Under the pieces are notes generated by a model. That model had not been told where the DNA came from. It saw only the letters and a program-made list of their open reading frames with translations, and did not search any database. The position numbers were made by a program, and so were the translations under genes. Shown piece after piece: positions 26,348 through 40,340 of a DNA stretch of 64,000 nt. Source of the DNA: Octopus sinensis (lineage: Eukaryota). Where the stretch lies: assembly GCF_006345805.1 (NCBI RefSeq), contig NC_043015.1, positions 32,426,001 to 32,490,000 of the forward strand, in the 5' to 3' direction. Each line of letters starts with the position of its first letter. Position 1 is the stretch's first letter.

Positions 26348-27249
26348 GTATGTATGTAATGGAAGAGAAATAGAGAGAGATCTGAATTTCCATGAACAAA
26401 TCTAGCCTTATAATAAATTTATATTTTGGAATATGTGTGTGTGTACATGTCTGTGTGTGCGTATGTATATGTGTATATATTTATGTGAGCGTGTGTGAAT
26501 GTATGTATGTATATTTGAATCTATCAGTACATGCCTGTGCGTGTATATGTGTGTATACGTGCGTACATGTGTGAGCATGTAGTTGTTTGTGTGTGTGTGT
26601 TTGATAGCGTTAAGTGACAGTAGAAATAAATCTTGGAAGACCTTAAAAATTAAAATAAATGGGAAGGAAAAGTAGCTAAAATTTAAGGAATATAAGGTGC
26701 AGAAAGAGATGGATGGTTCCAGAGAACAGAAGGCAAGGAATGGTAGAGATGTTTAAAGTGATATTTTCATTCTTCTATCAGATCAAGCAATAAATAAATA
26801 GAATATAAGATAGAAATAGAAATAAATAAAATAACAAGGTTTAAGAAAAAGAAAAAAACGAATAAACAAAAGAAGGAACAAAACGCCATATTTAAAATCA
26901 GGAAATAACACAAACCACATGAAATCTTAATATTGCAACAGTTGAAGTCTAGGAAAGTTCCATGCAAAACTGAGCTGTTTCTGCTACAGTAACCTAGCAA
27001 CAAGTGCTGCGTTAGAAATCCACTCCATTTATTGCCTTCTCCGTCTCTCTATCACTTTCACACATACACCCGATACACACACATACATACGAACACACAC
27101 ACGCGCACATACGCACGTACACATGCACACACAAACACACACACATACGCGCGCGCAGGCACAACGCACGTGTGCATGTATGTACACATGTATATAAATG
27201 CAATTACGCGTACAAATATGTATATATATATATATATATATAATACAAT

Positions 27250-27291
<42 letters not shown>

Positions 27292-27899
27292 CACATGTAT
27301 ACAACACACACACATATATATATATACATATATATGTATATATATACATATATATTAATACATACATATATATGTATATATATACATATATATATATATA
27401 TCTATATATTACATATATATATATATACTGTATACACCACACACATATATATTATTATACATGTATACACATACAACACACAACACACACACACACTATA
27501 TATATATATAATATATATATAATATATATATATATATATGTATGTATGTATGTATGTGTGTGTATATATTAGATCCATATAAGATCCTTCAATGAGCCAC
27601 TGATTCCTGTTTGAGACGAGTGGGCGCCGTCGTGACACACGACGTGATTTTGGCATCTAAATCTGCACATAATTCTGTCCATGATTCCGGAAGGATTCCA
27701 GTTCTTTTTTTTTTAGATATTTTTCTCTGACAAGTGCTTACTAACTCTTCAGTGAAGACTTCTTTCTCTCTCTCTCCCTCTTTCTCTGTCCCTTACCCCT
27801 TCTCTCTCTCTCTCTCTCTCCGTCTTCCTCGCTGCCCACCCATACATATACATACGCAAAACGTACTATGTATGGTATATATATGTATACAACACACGT

Positions 27900-27965
<66 letters not shown>

Positions 27966-28271
27966 CATATATGCACATATATATATACACATACATAGGA
28001 ATATAGATACCTTCCCATATATAAATATGTGTGTGTATATGCGTGTATGTTATACACACCCACACACATACACACTCACAAACATCTCTTTCTGTGTGTG
28101 TTATATATGTAATTATATGTGTCTGTGTGTATATATGTATATATATATATATATATATTATGTACATATGTATATATATATATTATATATACATGTATAT
28201 ATACGTATATATATATGTATATATATAATATATATATACAAATATATTATATATATATATATATACATGTA

Positions 28272-28311
<40 letters not shown>

Positions 28312-28706
28312 TTATATATATATATATATACATGTGGGAGGCATTAAAAAACGGTAGTCGGTGCAGCTTACGCAGCGTATAATAGAGATTTCAATAATTT
28401 ATTTGAAGCTACAGAATCAGTCCACCACTTCATCGCTTCTCGCAGCTTCCTGTTCTGAATACATCTCATACTATCTGAATATACACACCTCCACCGCCGC
28501 TCTTTTTTTCTGCATTTAATCATCCTTATCTGATGATGCATGCTTCTTCTTTTTCAGGAACAGCTTTGCTTAAAACATTTTGGCTACAATTTCCACGTTA
28601 CAGCATGTAGATATTGTCAATTTAGTTTTAAGACCTTACTCTGAAGATATGAGCTCTCTTTTCCGATCCTATTGTAACGGCTACTTCAGACTCAATATAC
28701 ACTCGT

Positions 28707-29066
28707 TCTGTGTACTCTTTTTGTTTACTTTTTTGTACTATTTTTGTGTACTATTTTTGTGTACTATTTTTGTGTACTCTTTTCGTGTACTCTTTTCGTG
28801 TACTCTCTTTGTGTACTATTTTTGTGTACTATTTTTGTGCACTCTTTTCGTGTATTCTTTTTGTGTACCCTTTTTGTGTACTCTTTTTGTATATTCTTTT
28901 TGTGTACTCTTTTCGTGTACTATTTTCTGTACTATTTTTGTGTACTCTTTTCGTATACTCTTTTTGTGTACTATTTTTGTATACTCTTTTTGTGTACTCT
29001 TTTTGTGCACTCTTTTTGTGTACTCTTTTTGTGTACTCGTTCTGTGTACTCTTTTTGTGTACTCTT
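28707..29066. repeat. Degenerate ~12-bp minisatellite (TGTACT[C/A]TTTT[T/C]G)n
   Basis: About 30 visible units; produces the FLCTLFVYSF and KEYTK pseudo-ORFs. Confidence 0.92.
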
Positions 29067-30079
29067 TATAATCCAAAATCAAGAAACAACAAATAATAAA
29101 GTTATCAAGATTTTAAGCTCGTTTCTCTTCTTTTCGTTTCCTCCGTATTCTTTTCGGGTGAAGAAATACCTGAATTCCTAGGAGTACAAAAATCTTATCT
29201 ATAGAATTATGAGGCTTATAGGATTTATTTTCATATTTGACAGTTTATTACTGAGTTCTGCAGTAGAAGATTTATGAAGAGAATAAAAAGAAATAGAATA
29301 TGGTCTAAGTAAGGCATTAAAACTTTGCTCTTAGCATAATTTCTTAACACAATGAAACCATTGATTCAAACTTGAGTTTTTCACTGGCAAAATCCATTAT
29401 TTTTGCTACTGAAATTCGTAAAGATGCCTACAAGTCAATATATTTGTAAATGCAGCTTGAATTCGGTGTATTGCTAGCCTTTGCGGAGACTGAAGTACTA
29501 TGCTTCAATAAACAATACACCCCATTCAGCTAACCAAATTTTACCACATTTCTGAACATATTCAATTTAAAAGCTATAGAATCAAAGTCTTCTTTCTGCG
29601 GGTCTATGTGTGTGTGTGTGTTTTCTGTGTGTCCGCGTTATTCTTCCTTTGTCTCTCCCTCTCTACTTCTTGGAATCTCTCTGGATAATAATTTCGAATT
29701 ATTAATGAATGTTCTTTTGTTTCTAGATATTATGAATATAGCAACAGCTGTTAGAATGATAGTTTAGCAGAGTCGTTAGAAACGCTGGTTAAAGCCCCAA
29801 GCAATATTCATTTATGCACCTGTCAACTCTGATTTAAAAGGACCAAGCCCAGTTGAACTGGCGTTTCGTTCGTACAATCGTAACATTCATAGCCTAAGGT
29901 TTTTCCACGGATACTATTCCTTCTTAAACAAGCCGTAGACTTTGCTTTTCGCGAGCTCTGTCTGTTTTATTTTGTTTCTCTGATTTTGCACACCTCCGAC
30001 ACCTACTTATATCTAAAAGTTCCTTAATGCTGGCAACATATGCAAATGGAAAGTTTTTTTTAATATTTTCACTTGAAAT

Positions 30080-30260
30080 AGCGGCGCGCACGTCTGGCAA
30101 AATGTTTAACAGCATTTTTATGTCATGAGTTCAAATTCCATCGCGGTCGACTTTGCATTCATTTTTTAGGTGTTAGTAAAATTAGTACCTGTTGATCACT
30201 GGGGTTGATATAATCGACTTAGCGCGCCCCCGAAGCTTCTGGCCTTGTACCAAAATGCAC
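30080..30260 (+). mobile_element. Older SINE family B copy
   Basis: gagttcaaattccatcgcggtcgactttgc..agtacc..cactggggttgatataatcgactt..ggccttgtaccaaaat. Confidence 0.7.
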
Positions 30261-30375
30261 GTCATTTTATTCTTGAAGTTTGATTAACGTTGTGGAATGG
30301 TAAAAAATTTATCTGCCTGTGAAATTTGGATATCATTCTGTGTGATATCAAACGAGGTTTGTAATATAATGCTTA

Positions 30376-30790
30376 CAGGCGCAGGTGTGGCTGTGTGGTA
30401 AGAAGCTTGTTTCTCAACCACACTGATCCGGGTTCAGTCCCACTACGCGGATTCTTAGGCAAGTATATTCTACTATAGCTTCGGGTCAACCAGAGCCTTG
30501 TGAGTGGATTTGGTAGACGGAAACTGAAAGAAGCTCTTCGTATATACATAAATATATGCATATATACATGTGTGTGTGTGTGTCGTTGTTATTATGTTTG
30601 TTCTTCACCACCGCTTGGCAACCGGTATTAGTGTGTTTACGTCCTCGTAATTTAGGGTGTCGGCAAAAAGAAAACGGATATATTAAGTACCAGGCTTAAA
30701 AAATATAAGTACTAGGTGCATTCGTTCGACTAAAAATTCTTAAAAGTGGAGCCCCAGCATGGCCGCAGTCAAATGGCTGAAACAAGTAAA
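30376..30790 (+). mobile_element. SINE family A, diverged full-length copy
   Basis: caggcgcaggtgtggctgtgtggtaag head; tail gccccagcatggccgcagtcaaatggctgaaacaag. Confidence 0.88.
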
Positions 30791-31095
30791 CGCCAAGCAA
30801 TAAAAGAAGATGGATTTTGTCTCCTTAATATTTTCCAGCTGAAATCATTTTTAAAGGCGTATGTTTTCCTCGTGATCATGTTTTAAAATGCTACGGTCAA
30901 AATGTATTGTTTTTTTTTTTGATTAGTGAATAAAAGAGTTTTTCTTTTTTTAACGACAAAAATATTACTAATAAGGAGCTTATCTCTTCATGAGCAGTGT
31001 AAATAAAATATCCATGCAGTTTTAGCATATAATCCGATGAATTTTTCATTAGCTGAGGTTCTCGTAAAACACGTCCATTGTAGATAAGCCCAAAT

Positions 31096-31210
31096 GATGA
31101 TGAAGATGATGATGATGATGATGATGAAAATAATAATAATAATGATAATAATAATAATAATAATAATGATAATAATAATAATAATAATGATAATAATAAT
31201 AATAATAATG

Positions 31211-31274
<64 letters not shown>

Positions 31275-31313
31275 TGATATGATAATAATAATAATAATAA
31301 CAACAACAACAAC

Positions 31314-31361
<48 letters not shown>

Positions 31362-31375
31362 GATGATAATGTTGA
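31096..31375. repeat. Compound (GAT)n/(AAT)n/(AAC)n trinucleotide array
   Basis: Directly visible; source of the poly-M, poly-I, poly-H and poly-Y pseudo-ORFs. Confidence 0.95.
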
Positions 31376-32249
31376 TGAGGGGTAGGAGGAGGAGAGGGAG
31401 TGAAGGAGGAGAAGAAAACGATGCTGAGGATGGTGGTGATGCTGGTGATGAAGGTGATTCCTTTCGTTTACCACATGAGTTTCAGATGTGGGTGTAGGTG
31501 GTTACAGAGAGCGAGACAGGGATTACAATTTTTTATGGTGGTTTACATAAAACTCATTTACTGGTGGTAGTGGTGGAAAAATTTGGTGAAAATTGAAGTG
31601 GAAAGTAAAATATAGTTTCCAAAATATACGAACAGATTAAAGATGTAGTCTTCCTGGTGGAGGAAAGCCTCCAACGTGAGGCAGTCACGGAAGTTCATAG
31701 CTCACACTTCACTCCGACCACTGAGTGCTCGAGCAGTCGAGAAATTATGATCTACAGTTTTCAGCAAATGAACTTGAATAATTTTTCTTTACCGTAACTC
31801 ACTTTTGGATAAATTTACAGGAGAAGAGCAAATCTATGTTTCTTTTCTAAGTGGAACTTGATAAAGTCGGTGAAGTATTAACAAAAGAAGGTGTTTGATC
31901 TCAATGTTTTCAGTCACATCAGGTACCCAACTTGTTTCGACATAGCCATCTTGCAAAAGAAAACTTCTCGCTTAGCCTTATTAAAGATGGGCGGTCTTTA
32001 CGATGGACTCGATCGTTCACCATATCTCCATATCTGTCCTACACACGATAACAACTATTCAGCATAACTCCACACGTCAACAATGCTCGGAACTGCAACA
32101 GTTTGTTCACTATAGCTATGTGGGTCTGCGCACAACTCGAGCAGTCCCAACGAGTGACACTACCATACCAATGAACTGTTATTAGTATCAGCAAGTCAAA
32201 AGCAGCGAATTGCTTGAATCTTTAGCACACTGAGAGGTCTTCTGTTCGT

Positions 32250-32395
32250 CTCTATCATCTGAATTCAAATTCCGCTGAGGTCGATTTCACCTTTTATCCT
32301 TTCGGGGCCGATGAAATAAGTACCAGTTGAGCTCTGTGAGACAATGTAATCGAAGAGCCCCCTCCCTCAAAGTATTTCAAACCTTGTGTTAACTG
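32250..32395 (+). mobile_element. SINE family B fragment
   Basis: gaattcaaattccgctgaggtcgatttcaccttttatcctttcggggccgatgaaataagtaccagtt. Confidence 0.75.
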
Positions 32396-32589
32396 TAGGA
32401 AGGATCATTATCAACAAAACAAGTTAAATGGTAACAACGATATCATCATCCACTGGGACATAGCAGTATACAATGATAGTGAGATAAAAGCCAAGCCTAG
32501 CATCGTTATGACTTCAGATTGGAAATTTAAAGAGAGAAATAGAAACCTTATTTGTAACTTCTCAAGATCAAACACTAAATAATAATTCA

Positions 32590-33110
32590 GTGAATAGGAA
32601 TATTTATTGCATCGCTTCTGCAACTAAATATCTTCTATGTAATGTGCAAGCGGGAAATATTGGACATAATGCAGATTGTAAAATATTAGCTGAGAAAGAC
32701 TACAAGCTGCTGCATCGTGATAAGGTCAGTCTCAATTTGCACAGGTTACTTTGTAAAAGGTTGAGATGTAACACATCAGACGAATGGCAGAATCGTATTC
32801 CAGGAAGAAAAAAAAGGGTTGCAAACGAACCTCGTAAACTACACATTCCATGTGATTTTAAAGTCTGACAGACAGAACAATTGAATACCATAGGCCAAAT
32901 ATCATTACTAATGACTTGGAAAGAAAAATATACCACGTAGCAGATGTTGCAATTACTTCAGACAAAACTATTGCAGACATTGAAGTAGAAAAATCATAGA
33001 AATATGTTGAATTAACAGTTAAAATATCAAGAACATGGCGATTTGCAGTAACAAAAATGGAAGCCGTTTCAGTTATTATCGTAACAATAGGTTCAAATCC
33101 AGAAAAAAAT
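32590..33110 (+). mobile_element. Highly decayed R4/Dong-type (RLE) LINE C-terminal remnant
   Basis: Broken-frame translation shows HxxAxCKILAEKDYKLLH(R)DKVSLNLHRLLC (zinc-knuckle flank), HRPNII, ADVAITSD, EK..KY.ELT and SRTW, matching the RLE endonuclease layout. Confidence 0.65.
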
Positions 33111-33224
33111 ATATCGTAGTACTTTCTATCTAAGGGCTTTGGTTAAAGCTGGACTATTTGTTTGAAAGAGAATATGTTGGATCCATACCGTACAGTAGAG
33201 AAATCATCCTTTCTACTGTAGGCA

Positions 33225-33410
33225 CAAGACCTGAGTTTGAGAGGAGGGGCTAGATAATTACATCAATCCCAGTGTGCAATTGGTACTTATTTTATGCATC
33301 TCGAAAGGGTGAAACGCACAGTTGACCTCAACGGAATTTGAAATAAGAACATAAAAACAGATGAAATGCCGTCTGGCGTTGTAACGATTCTGCTAGCTCA
33401 CCGCCTCATT
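33225..33410 (-). mobile_element. SINE family B copy
   Basis: ggcacaagacc..acatcaatcccagtg..ggtacttatttt..cgaaagggtgaaacgcacagttgacctcaacggaatttgaa..gtaacgattctgctagctcaccgcct. Confidence 0.75.
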
Positions 33411-33785
33411 GTAGAGAATAAACAATAAGGGTATTAAGTCATTATACGCCCTGGAAGCAGCTTTGAATTACAATAATGTCGTTGTTAACATTTATAATAT
33501 TTATAGAAACGCAGATCAGCGATTTCTGAATTAATTCGTCTCAGAAAATTTCCTTAAGAAACTTTGAACTAAAAACACAGAAACACCGATGGATTGTGTG
33601 ACAGCGCTGTTTCAACTCCAGTTGGTCTCTTCACACTTCATTGATGAACGTTCTTGGATTATTCTAAGGTAAATCGATATCAATGTTCCGATGTAAAAAT
33701 CAGCAAACAAGACATGCCTGGGTTTGAGCGAAACCTGGCCAGGTCACAGTATTTGCAACTGAAACAGCATTATATCAAAATAACG

Positions 33786-34110
33786 GTGAAGGCGCGTGGC
33801 TTAGTGGTTAGGGCATTCGGCTCACGATTGTAAGGTCGTGAGTTCGATTCCAAGCGACGCGTTGTGTCCTTGAGCAAGACACTTTATTTCATGTTGCTCC
33901 AGTCCACTCAGCTGGCAAAAATGAGTTGTACCTGTATTTCAAAGGGCCGGCCTTGTCACACTGTGTGTCACGCTGAATCTCCCTGAGAACTACGTTAAGG
34001 GTACACGTGTCTGTGGAGTGCTCAGCCACTTGCACGTTAATTTCACGAGCAGGCTGTTCTGTTGATCGTATCAGCTGGGACCCTCATCGTCGTGACCGAC
34101 GGAGTGCTCC
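33786..34110 (+). mobile_element. Full-length SINE family C with 14-bp TSD (one mismatch)
   Basis: Near-identical to 20057-20384. Flanks atatcaaaataacg (33772-33785) and atatcgaaataacg (34111-34124). Confidence 0.93.
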
Positions 34111-34679
34111 ATATCGAAATAACGATGTGTATAAGCTATACAGTTTGCATGCAAACGAAATGCGTTAGCTGTAATATTTTGTCACAGAGAGAATTCTCTT
34201 AAGAGACTTTAAGCGTTGGAAATGCAAAACTTCGTCTGTGGATTAACTCCAATATAAGAGGGTTATATTAATCTTATGCTGTTTCAAGTGCTTATATTAA
34301 TTGGAGTTTATCCCGACTAGCTTTGGCACAAGTCAGTGAATATCTTACTGCTGATTTCCATATTGGAATAATGATTTCGACTTAGTTCAAAATATCTAGA
34401 AGATTTTGTCACTGAGGAGATGAAATCAGGTGGAAACAAAGGTGTATCACTAACCGACGAGGACATTCTAAGCAAGCTCTGTGTTTGTAACCCACTCGAT
34501 CTCTTAACAGAAGTTTCCCCGAGACAAAATATTCTAGATAACGCTATTCTATTTTTGCATATACGGTTTTAATGTTACACCCTTGGTTATAGCAACAACA
34601 ATAATAAGGACAATGATGATGATGATGATTATGATGATAATGATGATGACGATTATGAGGATGATAATAAAAATAATTT

Positions 34680-34805
34680 CAAATTTTGGAAAAACGCTAG
34701 CAATTCCGGGAGGGGTTAGGTCGATTACATCGACCCCAGTGATCTGGTGCTATGTATTTTATCGATCCGAAAGGATGAAAGGCAAAGTCAATTACAGCGG
34801 AATTA
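34680..34805 (-). mobile_element. SINE family B fragment abutting a LINE remnant
   Basis: aggtcgattacatcgaccccagtg..ttatcgatccgaaaggatgaaaggcaaagtc. Confidence 0.8.
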
Positions 34806-34809
34806 GAGA

Positions 34810-35944
34810 ACTGCTGAGACTAAACAGTATGCACCACCCAAAATCTGATGTCCACAGGCTCTATCTCCCACGAAAGGAAAGTAGCAGAGGCTTAATCCAG
34901 CTTGAAACGTCGTATAAAACGACCATGATAGGACTTCAAGTGTACATCCAAAGTAACACCGACTGGATGATACAGTTGGTAAGGCAACACGAGCAGATTA
35001 CGAAACTGTACTGAATCTTAAAGAGGCATATAAATAAAGACGGGAGTTTAGCATGCCTTATTGATGCCTTATTATGATGCCTTAGCATTGCCTTATTATG
35101 ATGATAAAAAAGAGGATACACCACCCACTAAGGCAGTAAAAAAGTGTAAAACAAAAGCCAAACTGTAGAGCTTGGAGGAAATATCAAGGCTGTAGAAAGA
35201 AAAACCATTGCATGGGTAATACCCCAAACGAGCTGGGGAAGCTGATGTAGATATAAGAATAGCCCATCAGTGGCTGCAGAGTGTTTGTTTGGAAGCCGAA
35301 ACAAAATGATTCCTCCTAACAGCACAAGACCATAGTCTCATCACCCGGAACTACCAAGTTAATGTCACACACAATGAGGCAGACACAAAGTGTAGACTCT
35401 GCAATGACAAACTTGAGAGTATTGACCACATTGTTGCCGGTTGCTCAGTTCTTGATTCTACAGAATATAAAACTAGGCATTTTGATGTTGGCCAATATTT
35501 GCACTGGAACGTATGCCATCACTATGGTATTCCGCACCCTAAGAACTGGTATGAACACCATCCAGAGCCAGTCACTGAAAGTGAGAATGTTACCATCCTA
35601 TGGAATTATCGGATGTAGACAGGCAAATAAAGGATAACTCACGAAACATCGTCGTCAAAAACCTAAAAAAACCAAACATGTCTGTTAATTGATATGACTA
35701 CCTATTGATAGACATATTTCAGCAAAAGAAAAAACTATTGAAATATAAGGACCTTGAGGTTGCGATATCTAGGACTTGGCAAATAAAAACCAAAACCATC
35801 ACTGTTGTAGGTGCCCCAGAAATAATCAAAGAATTTACTGACAAATTTTTTGACCAGATCCCTGGGAAAACAACAATCTATGAAACTCAAATAATTGTGT
35901 TGACATCAACCGCCCACATTCTTCGGAGGTTTTTAGCCATCTAA
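34810..35944 (+). mobile_element. Decayed R4/Dong-type (RLE) LINE, 3' third of ORF
   Basis: MHHPKSDVHRLYLPRKESSRGLIQLE; KPLHG; WL..LEAET..AQDHSL; CRLC..ESIDHIVAGC; YLHWNVC..WYEHHPEPVTESENVTILW; KYKDLEVAISRTW; AHILRRFL*. Many stops and frameshifts. Confidence 0.88.
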
Positions 35945-36362
35945 TATAAAATGTTTAAGGTTTGAATAATTCACCTCTGGAAACAATGGCTATTTCGTTC
36001 ATCATTCTTAAACAATGCTTAATGCTTGCTCAAAGGCATTTTGAGTGGGACGGGCAACTTGACCTGAAGAGAATTCTAACTAGGACCCATCTGCAAGGAC
36101 ATATGCTGTTCATCTCGTGAAGAGGTCACCATGTCACGCACATAAGATCGTGATACATGCGCCTAGTGTAGTATTATTAGACGGGTAGTCATGACGGGTG
36201 TATTGGGCTTCGTATATTCGTACTCTGACGAGTTTTGATAGTATGTGCTTCTCTCTCACATGGTAATGATAATATGACATAATATGATGATGATGATGAT
36301 GATGATGATGATACTTATGATGACGATGACGGTAATGATTTTTATTTTTGTACATTTTGCAG

Positions 36363-36499
36363 CTTCATCCAACAGCACGTCACTGAATTGCGAGTACGGT
36401 TTAAGATTGAAAGTTATGGTAAAAGATCAGAGCTGTAAATTACCAAACTCGGAAGAAATTTGCAGCTCCAATGGAAACTGCGTATCGAATTCCACTCAG
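36363..36499 (+). CDS. EYS: Internal coding exon of an EYS (eyes shut)-like multi-EGF protein: end of the N-terminal domain and first half of EGF1
   Basis: Acceptor tttttatttttgtacattttgcag (AG 36361-36362) and donor CAG|gtactt (GT 36500-36501). 137 nt, phase 1 to 0, open frame (A)SSNSTSLNCEYGLRLKVMVKDQSCKLPNSEEICSSNGNCVSNSTQ. From memory this resembles human EYS ..CPLGLRLNVTVKQQFCQESLSSEFCSGHGKCLS... It splices in frame to 63217. Orthology is not proven, because an invertebrate EYS/DNER-like family shares this architecture. Confidence 0.8.
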
Positions 36500-36563
36500 G
36501 TACTTACATCGATTCTCTTTCTTTCTCTCTGTCCCCCCCTCTCTCTCTCACTCTCTGTCTTCA

Positions 36564-36595
<32 letters not shown>

Positions 36596-37958
36596 CGCAT
36601 GTATGTATGCATATATATAGATATATATGTATATATACATACGTATATACATGTATGTAAATATTATATATTTATGCATATATATCTATATATATATGTG
36701 TGTGTATGTGCGTGTGCGTGCGTGTATGTATGCATGTATTTATGTATATATGTAAAACTGGCATTTGTTCAGATACGTTTTGTTTAATCTATTGAACTTA
36801 CATGCAAGTTGGATATAAGCCACGATTCTGAATTTCCTCCACTAATCTGTATTTAATGTGTATTTAATGTCTATGTTAACCTTACACCCATTCCTTGTAC
36901 AGAAGTGTATTATAGAGATCCCAAAAGTGTAACTGGTTAGAGATTCCAAAATGATTACTGTTTCGCTTTATCACAACATAGTACTTTTCGCCTATAGAAA
37001 TATAATTACCTAAATCATTATATTTTCCCCGTTATTCCAATATAATTTCATCTATTGAAAAATCTTTACTTGAAAACATTAAATTCTTACACTATTCCTT
37101 CAAATATGCTTTATCTACAGAAATATATTAACGTAATTCGTTATAGTGTTACATTAGCTTAACATGAAGTATTATGTGGTTCCGAAGAGAATTCTTTCTC
37201 GATAGTGTTTCCACAACGAAAGATTTTTCTCACATCTGAGTATACAGGGTTGTTATCCCCGCCCCAAATCTGATCTTTAACTAACAATAAATGCCATTAT
37301 TAGGATCAATTTGCTCTGAAGAAAAATAAAAAAATTCAATGAATTATAGGGAGTCAAAATGTGAATACATTTCTGGGGAACGCTCTGTATAGAAACGTAT
37401 TGAATACGGCTGTAAGTGAAGATATTTTATTCAGCGATGACTCGTTCGATTCTAGTTATTTAAAAGTATCCGAATTTACTATCGGTATCAATTACCTGTG
37501 CTATCCCCGGGCATGGGTATGCAGGCACACTATGCTCATAGGGTACAGGTAAGAACGAAATAAACAAAAGTTTATCAGAAATCAAATTTACATAATCAGA
37601 AAATAGAGAGAATTTTTGATCAACAAACAAATTGGACCACATCGGTCTATAACTGCTGCATACTTGTGTATATAATCTGTGCTTTTTGCAGCAGTTAAGG
37701 TCTGTACGAGACAATGCCTCTGGACGATTGACCCAGTTCCAGCATCCAAAACAACACTTCAAAGTTAGGATAGACGTGTTCATTAATATTCATTACAAAC
37801 GCTGATTCTGTCTCTTATGGTTAATTTATACACAGACCCCACGTTGTTTTTGCGACATTAGTGAGTGTTTAGTTAGTGTTTACCGATACCGATCGAATAT
37901 CGGTGCTTGTTGAATGCATGTTGCTGCTTCTGCTGTTAAGAACTAATAAACACACACA

Positions 37959-38063
<105 letters not shown>

Positions 38064-38269
38064 ACACACACACACGTCAAAATATACGAAACTCGTCTTA
38101 CAATCAATTGAAGTTCTACTCGGTAATTTTTTTTCTTTTATCAGCGTACGGATTTTACAAGGAAAATGGTTTCTGATTTTGAATTCTCTGTTTGCTCGTA
38201 ATTATCGTGGCAAGCTGAAACTTCGAAGTCACTGTATATTGTTCCTTAGTAAAATTCATATGTACACAC

Positions 38270-38306
<37 letters not shown>

Positions 38307-39052
38307 CAGGAACGGCAGATTAATCATTCAGTCAGTGATACATATTCTCGAATTTCTCACAGTTCTTTCATGTTACTTAGACGCAGAAGATTCACAACAA
38401 CCTCTTTAAAGGAAACTTATATTCTCGGGATAACACCCAAGAAATTTCTTCAACGATTACAAATGATAATTTCATCTGACAGACCTGGAGTAAGAAAATT
38501 AGAACTGTCAAAGACTAAATGAAAATAAATTAGGTCTGTATGTTTCGTTAAGATTGGGAATTCTTAAGATTGTTTCGTTTTTCTTTCTTCTCGGGGCAAG
38601 TTCCTAATACAGTTTTAAACTGTTGAATACCAACAGTTTGAAACTGCTATAACCAAAATTGCTATAACCACAGGAAACACTAGACGATTCTCTACTAATT
38701 CTACATGTTCTAAAAATCAGTTGGGCCGGATAGCTGACACAGTGTGCCGCAATTTTGGCAAGGCCGTTAGAATTACGCTTTCTCTCACTCACTCTATTTT
38801 CTCTTTCTCTGTCTGTATGTCTGTTCGTGTGTGCCTGCATGTATGTGCGTGCACACACATATATACATATACGTACACACACGTATATACATATACGTTC
38901 ACAAGCACACACATACTCACACGCACACACACGCACACACACGCACACACATGCAATTGTATGTATGTATGTATAAAAGTATTTTTTTATTTCTGGATTA
39001 GCAAGACTAACAGACACACAAACACAGATACAGAAATACACACACACACACA

Positions 39053-39123
<71 letters not shown>

Positions 39124-39124
<1 letters not shown>

Positions 39125-39285
39125 GACGGGCTTCTTTCAGCTTCCGTCTACCAAATCCACTCACAAGGTTTTAGTCGGCCCGAGGCTATAGCAGAAGACA
39201 CTTGCCCAAGGTACCACGCAGAGGACTGAACCCGGAACCATGTGGTTGGTAAACAAGTTACTTACCACACAGCCACTCCTACGCA
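39124..39285 (-). mobile_element. SINE family A head/body
   Basis: cgacgggcttctttcag..accaaatccactcacaagg..gaagacacttgcccaagg..gaacccggaaccatgtggttggtaa..ccacacagccactcct. Confidence 0.9.
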
Positions 39286-39529
39286 CTCTGCCATTTTCAC
39301 GTTAATTTAACAGGCAGGCTGGTCCATTGATCAGATCAACTGGAACCTTCGTCGTAGCCGGCCGAGTGCCAGTTTATTATCCACACTGCAAGTAGGAAAG
39401 GTGAAATAAATCTCAATAGGATTTGAAGATAGAACAGAAAGAAACATAACTTAAAACTACAGAAAGGCATCTGGTCCTCTGCATTGCCGATTCTCCCAGA
39501 TTGCAAGCCGTGGAGATTTAACGTGTATC

Positions 39530-40340
39530 AGTGATATTGGTTTCCAGTTTTAGCACACGCCCAGAAAATTTGCAGGAAAGCCTTAAGTCAATTTAATCAT
39601 CCAGTGTTCATCGTCCTTAAAAATGCAAAAGGTAAAGCTGACCTCAGTGGAATTTGAACTCAGAAAATAAATATGGACGAAATACCTATTTCTTTACTAC
39701 CCACAAGGGGCTAAACACAGAAGGGACAAACAAGGACAGACAAACGGGTTAAGTCGATTACATCGACCCCAGTGCGTAACTGGTACTTAATTTATCGACC
39801 CCGAAAGGATGAAAGGCAAAGTCGATCTCGGCGGAATTTGAACTCAGAATGTAACGGCAGATGAAATACCTATTTCTTTACTACCCACAAGGGGCTAAAC
39901 ACAGAGAGGACAAACAAGGACAGACAAATGGATTAAGTCGATTACATCGACCCCTGTGCGTAACTGGTACTTATTTAATCGACCCCGAAAGGATGAAAGG
40001 CAAAGTCGATCTCGGCGGAATTTGAACTCAGAACGTAACGGCAGATGAAATACCTATTTCTTTACTACCCACAAGGGGCTAAACACAGAGAGGACAAACA
40101 AGGACAGACAGACGGATTAAGTCGATTACATCGACCCCAGTGCGTAACTGGTACTTAATTTATCGACCCCGAAAGGATGAAAGGTAAAGGCCTAATTTGA
40201 ACTCAGAACGTAGCGGCAGACGAAATACCGCTAAGCACTTGGCTCGGCGTGCTAACGTTTCTGCCAGCTCGCCGCCTTATATGGACGGAATACCGGTAAG
40301 CATTTTGCTTGGCGTGATAACGATTATGTAACCTCGCCGC
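39530..40340 (-). mobile_element. SINE family B head-to-tail array: three ~184-bp units plus duplicated head and an older fragment
   Basis: gaaatacc recurs at 39679, 39863, 40047 and 40222 (periods 184, 184, 175). The units are nearly identical. Confidence 0.92.

Noticed and set aside
37456-37547. Possible extra exon (acceptor attctag, strong donor CAG|gtaaga)
   Set aside because: The open phase-0 reading LFKSIRIYYRYQLPVLSPGMGMQAHYAHRVQ has no EGF character and would interrupt EGF1. The EGF-like frame (CAIPGHGYAGTLCS) hits a stop. The 36499-63217 splice already gives a complete domain.
39679-40222. Regularly spaced repeats as a CRISPR array or satellite DNA
   Set aside because: The units are contiguous 184-bp SINE bodies without unique spacers, in eukaryotic context with no cas genes.
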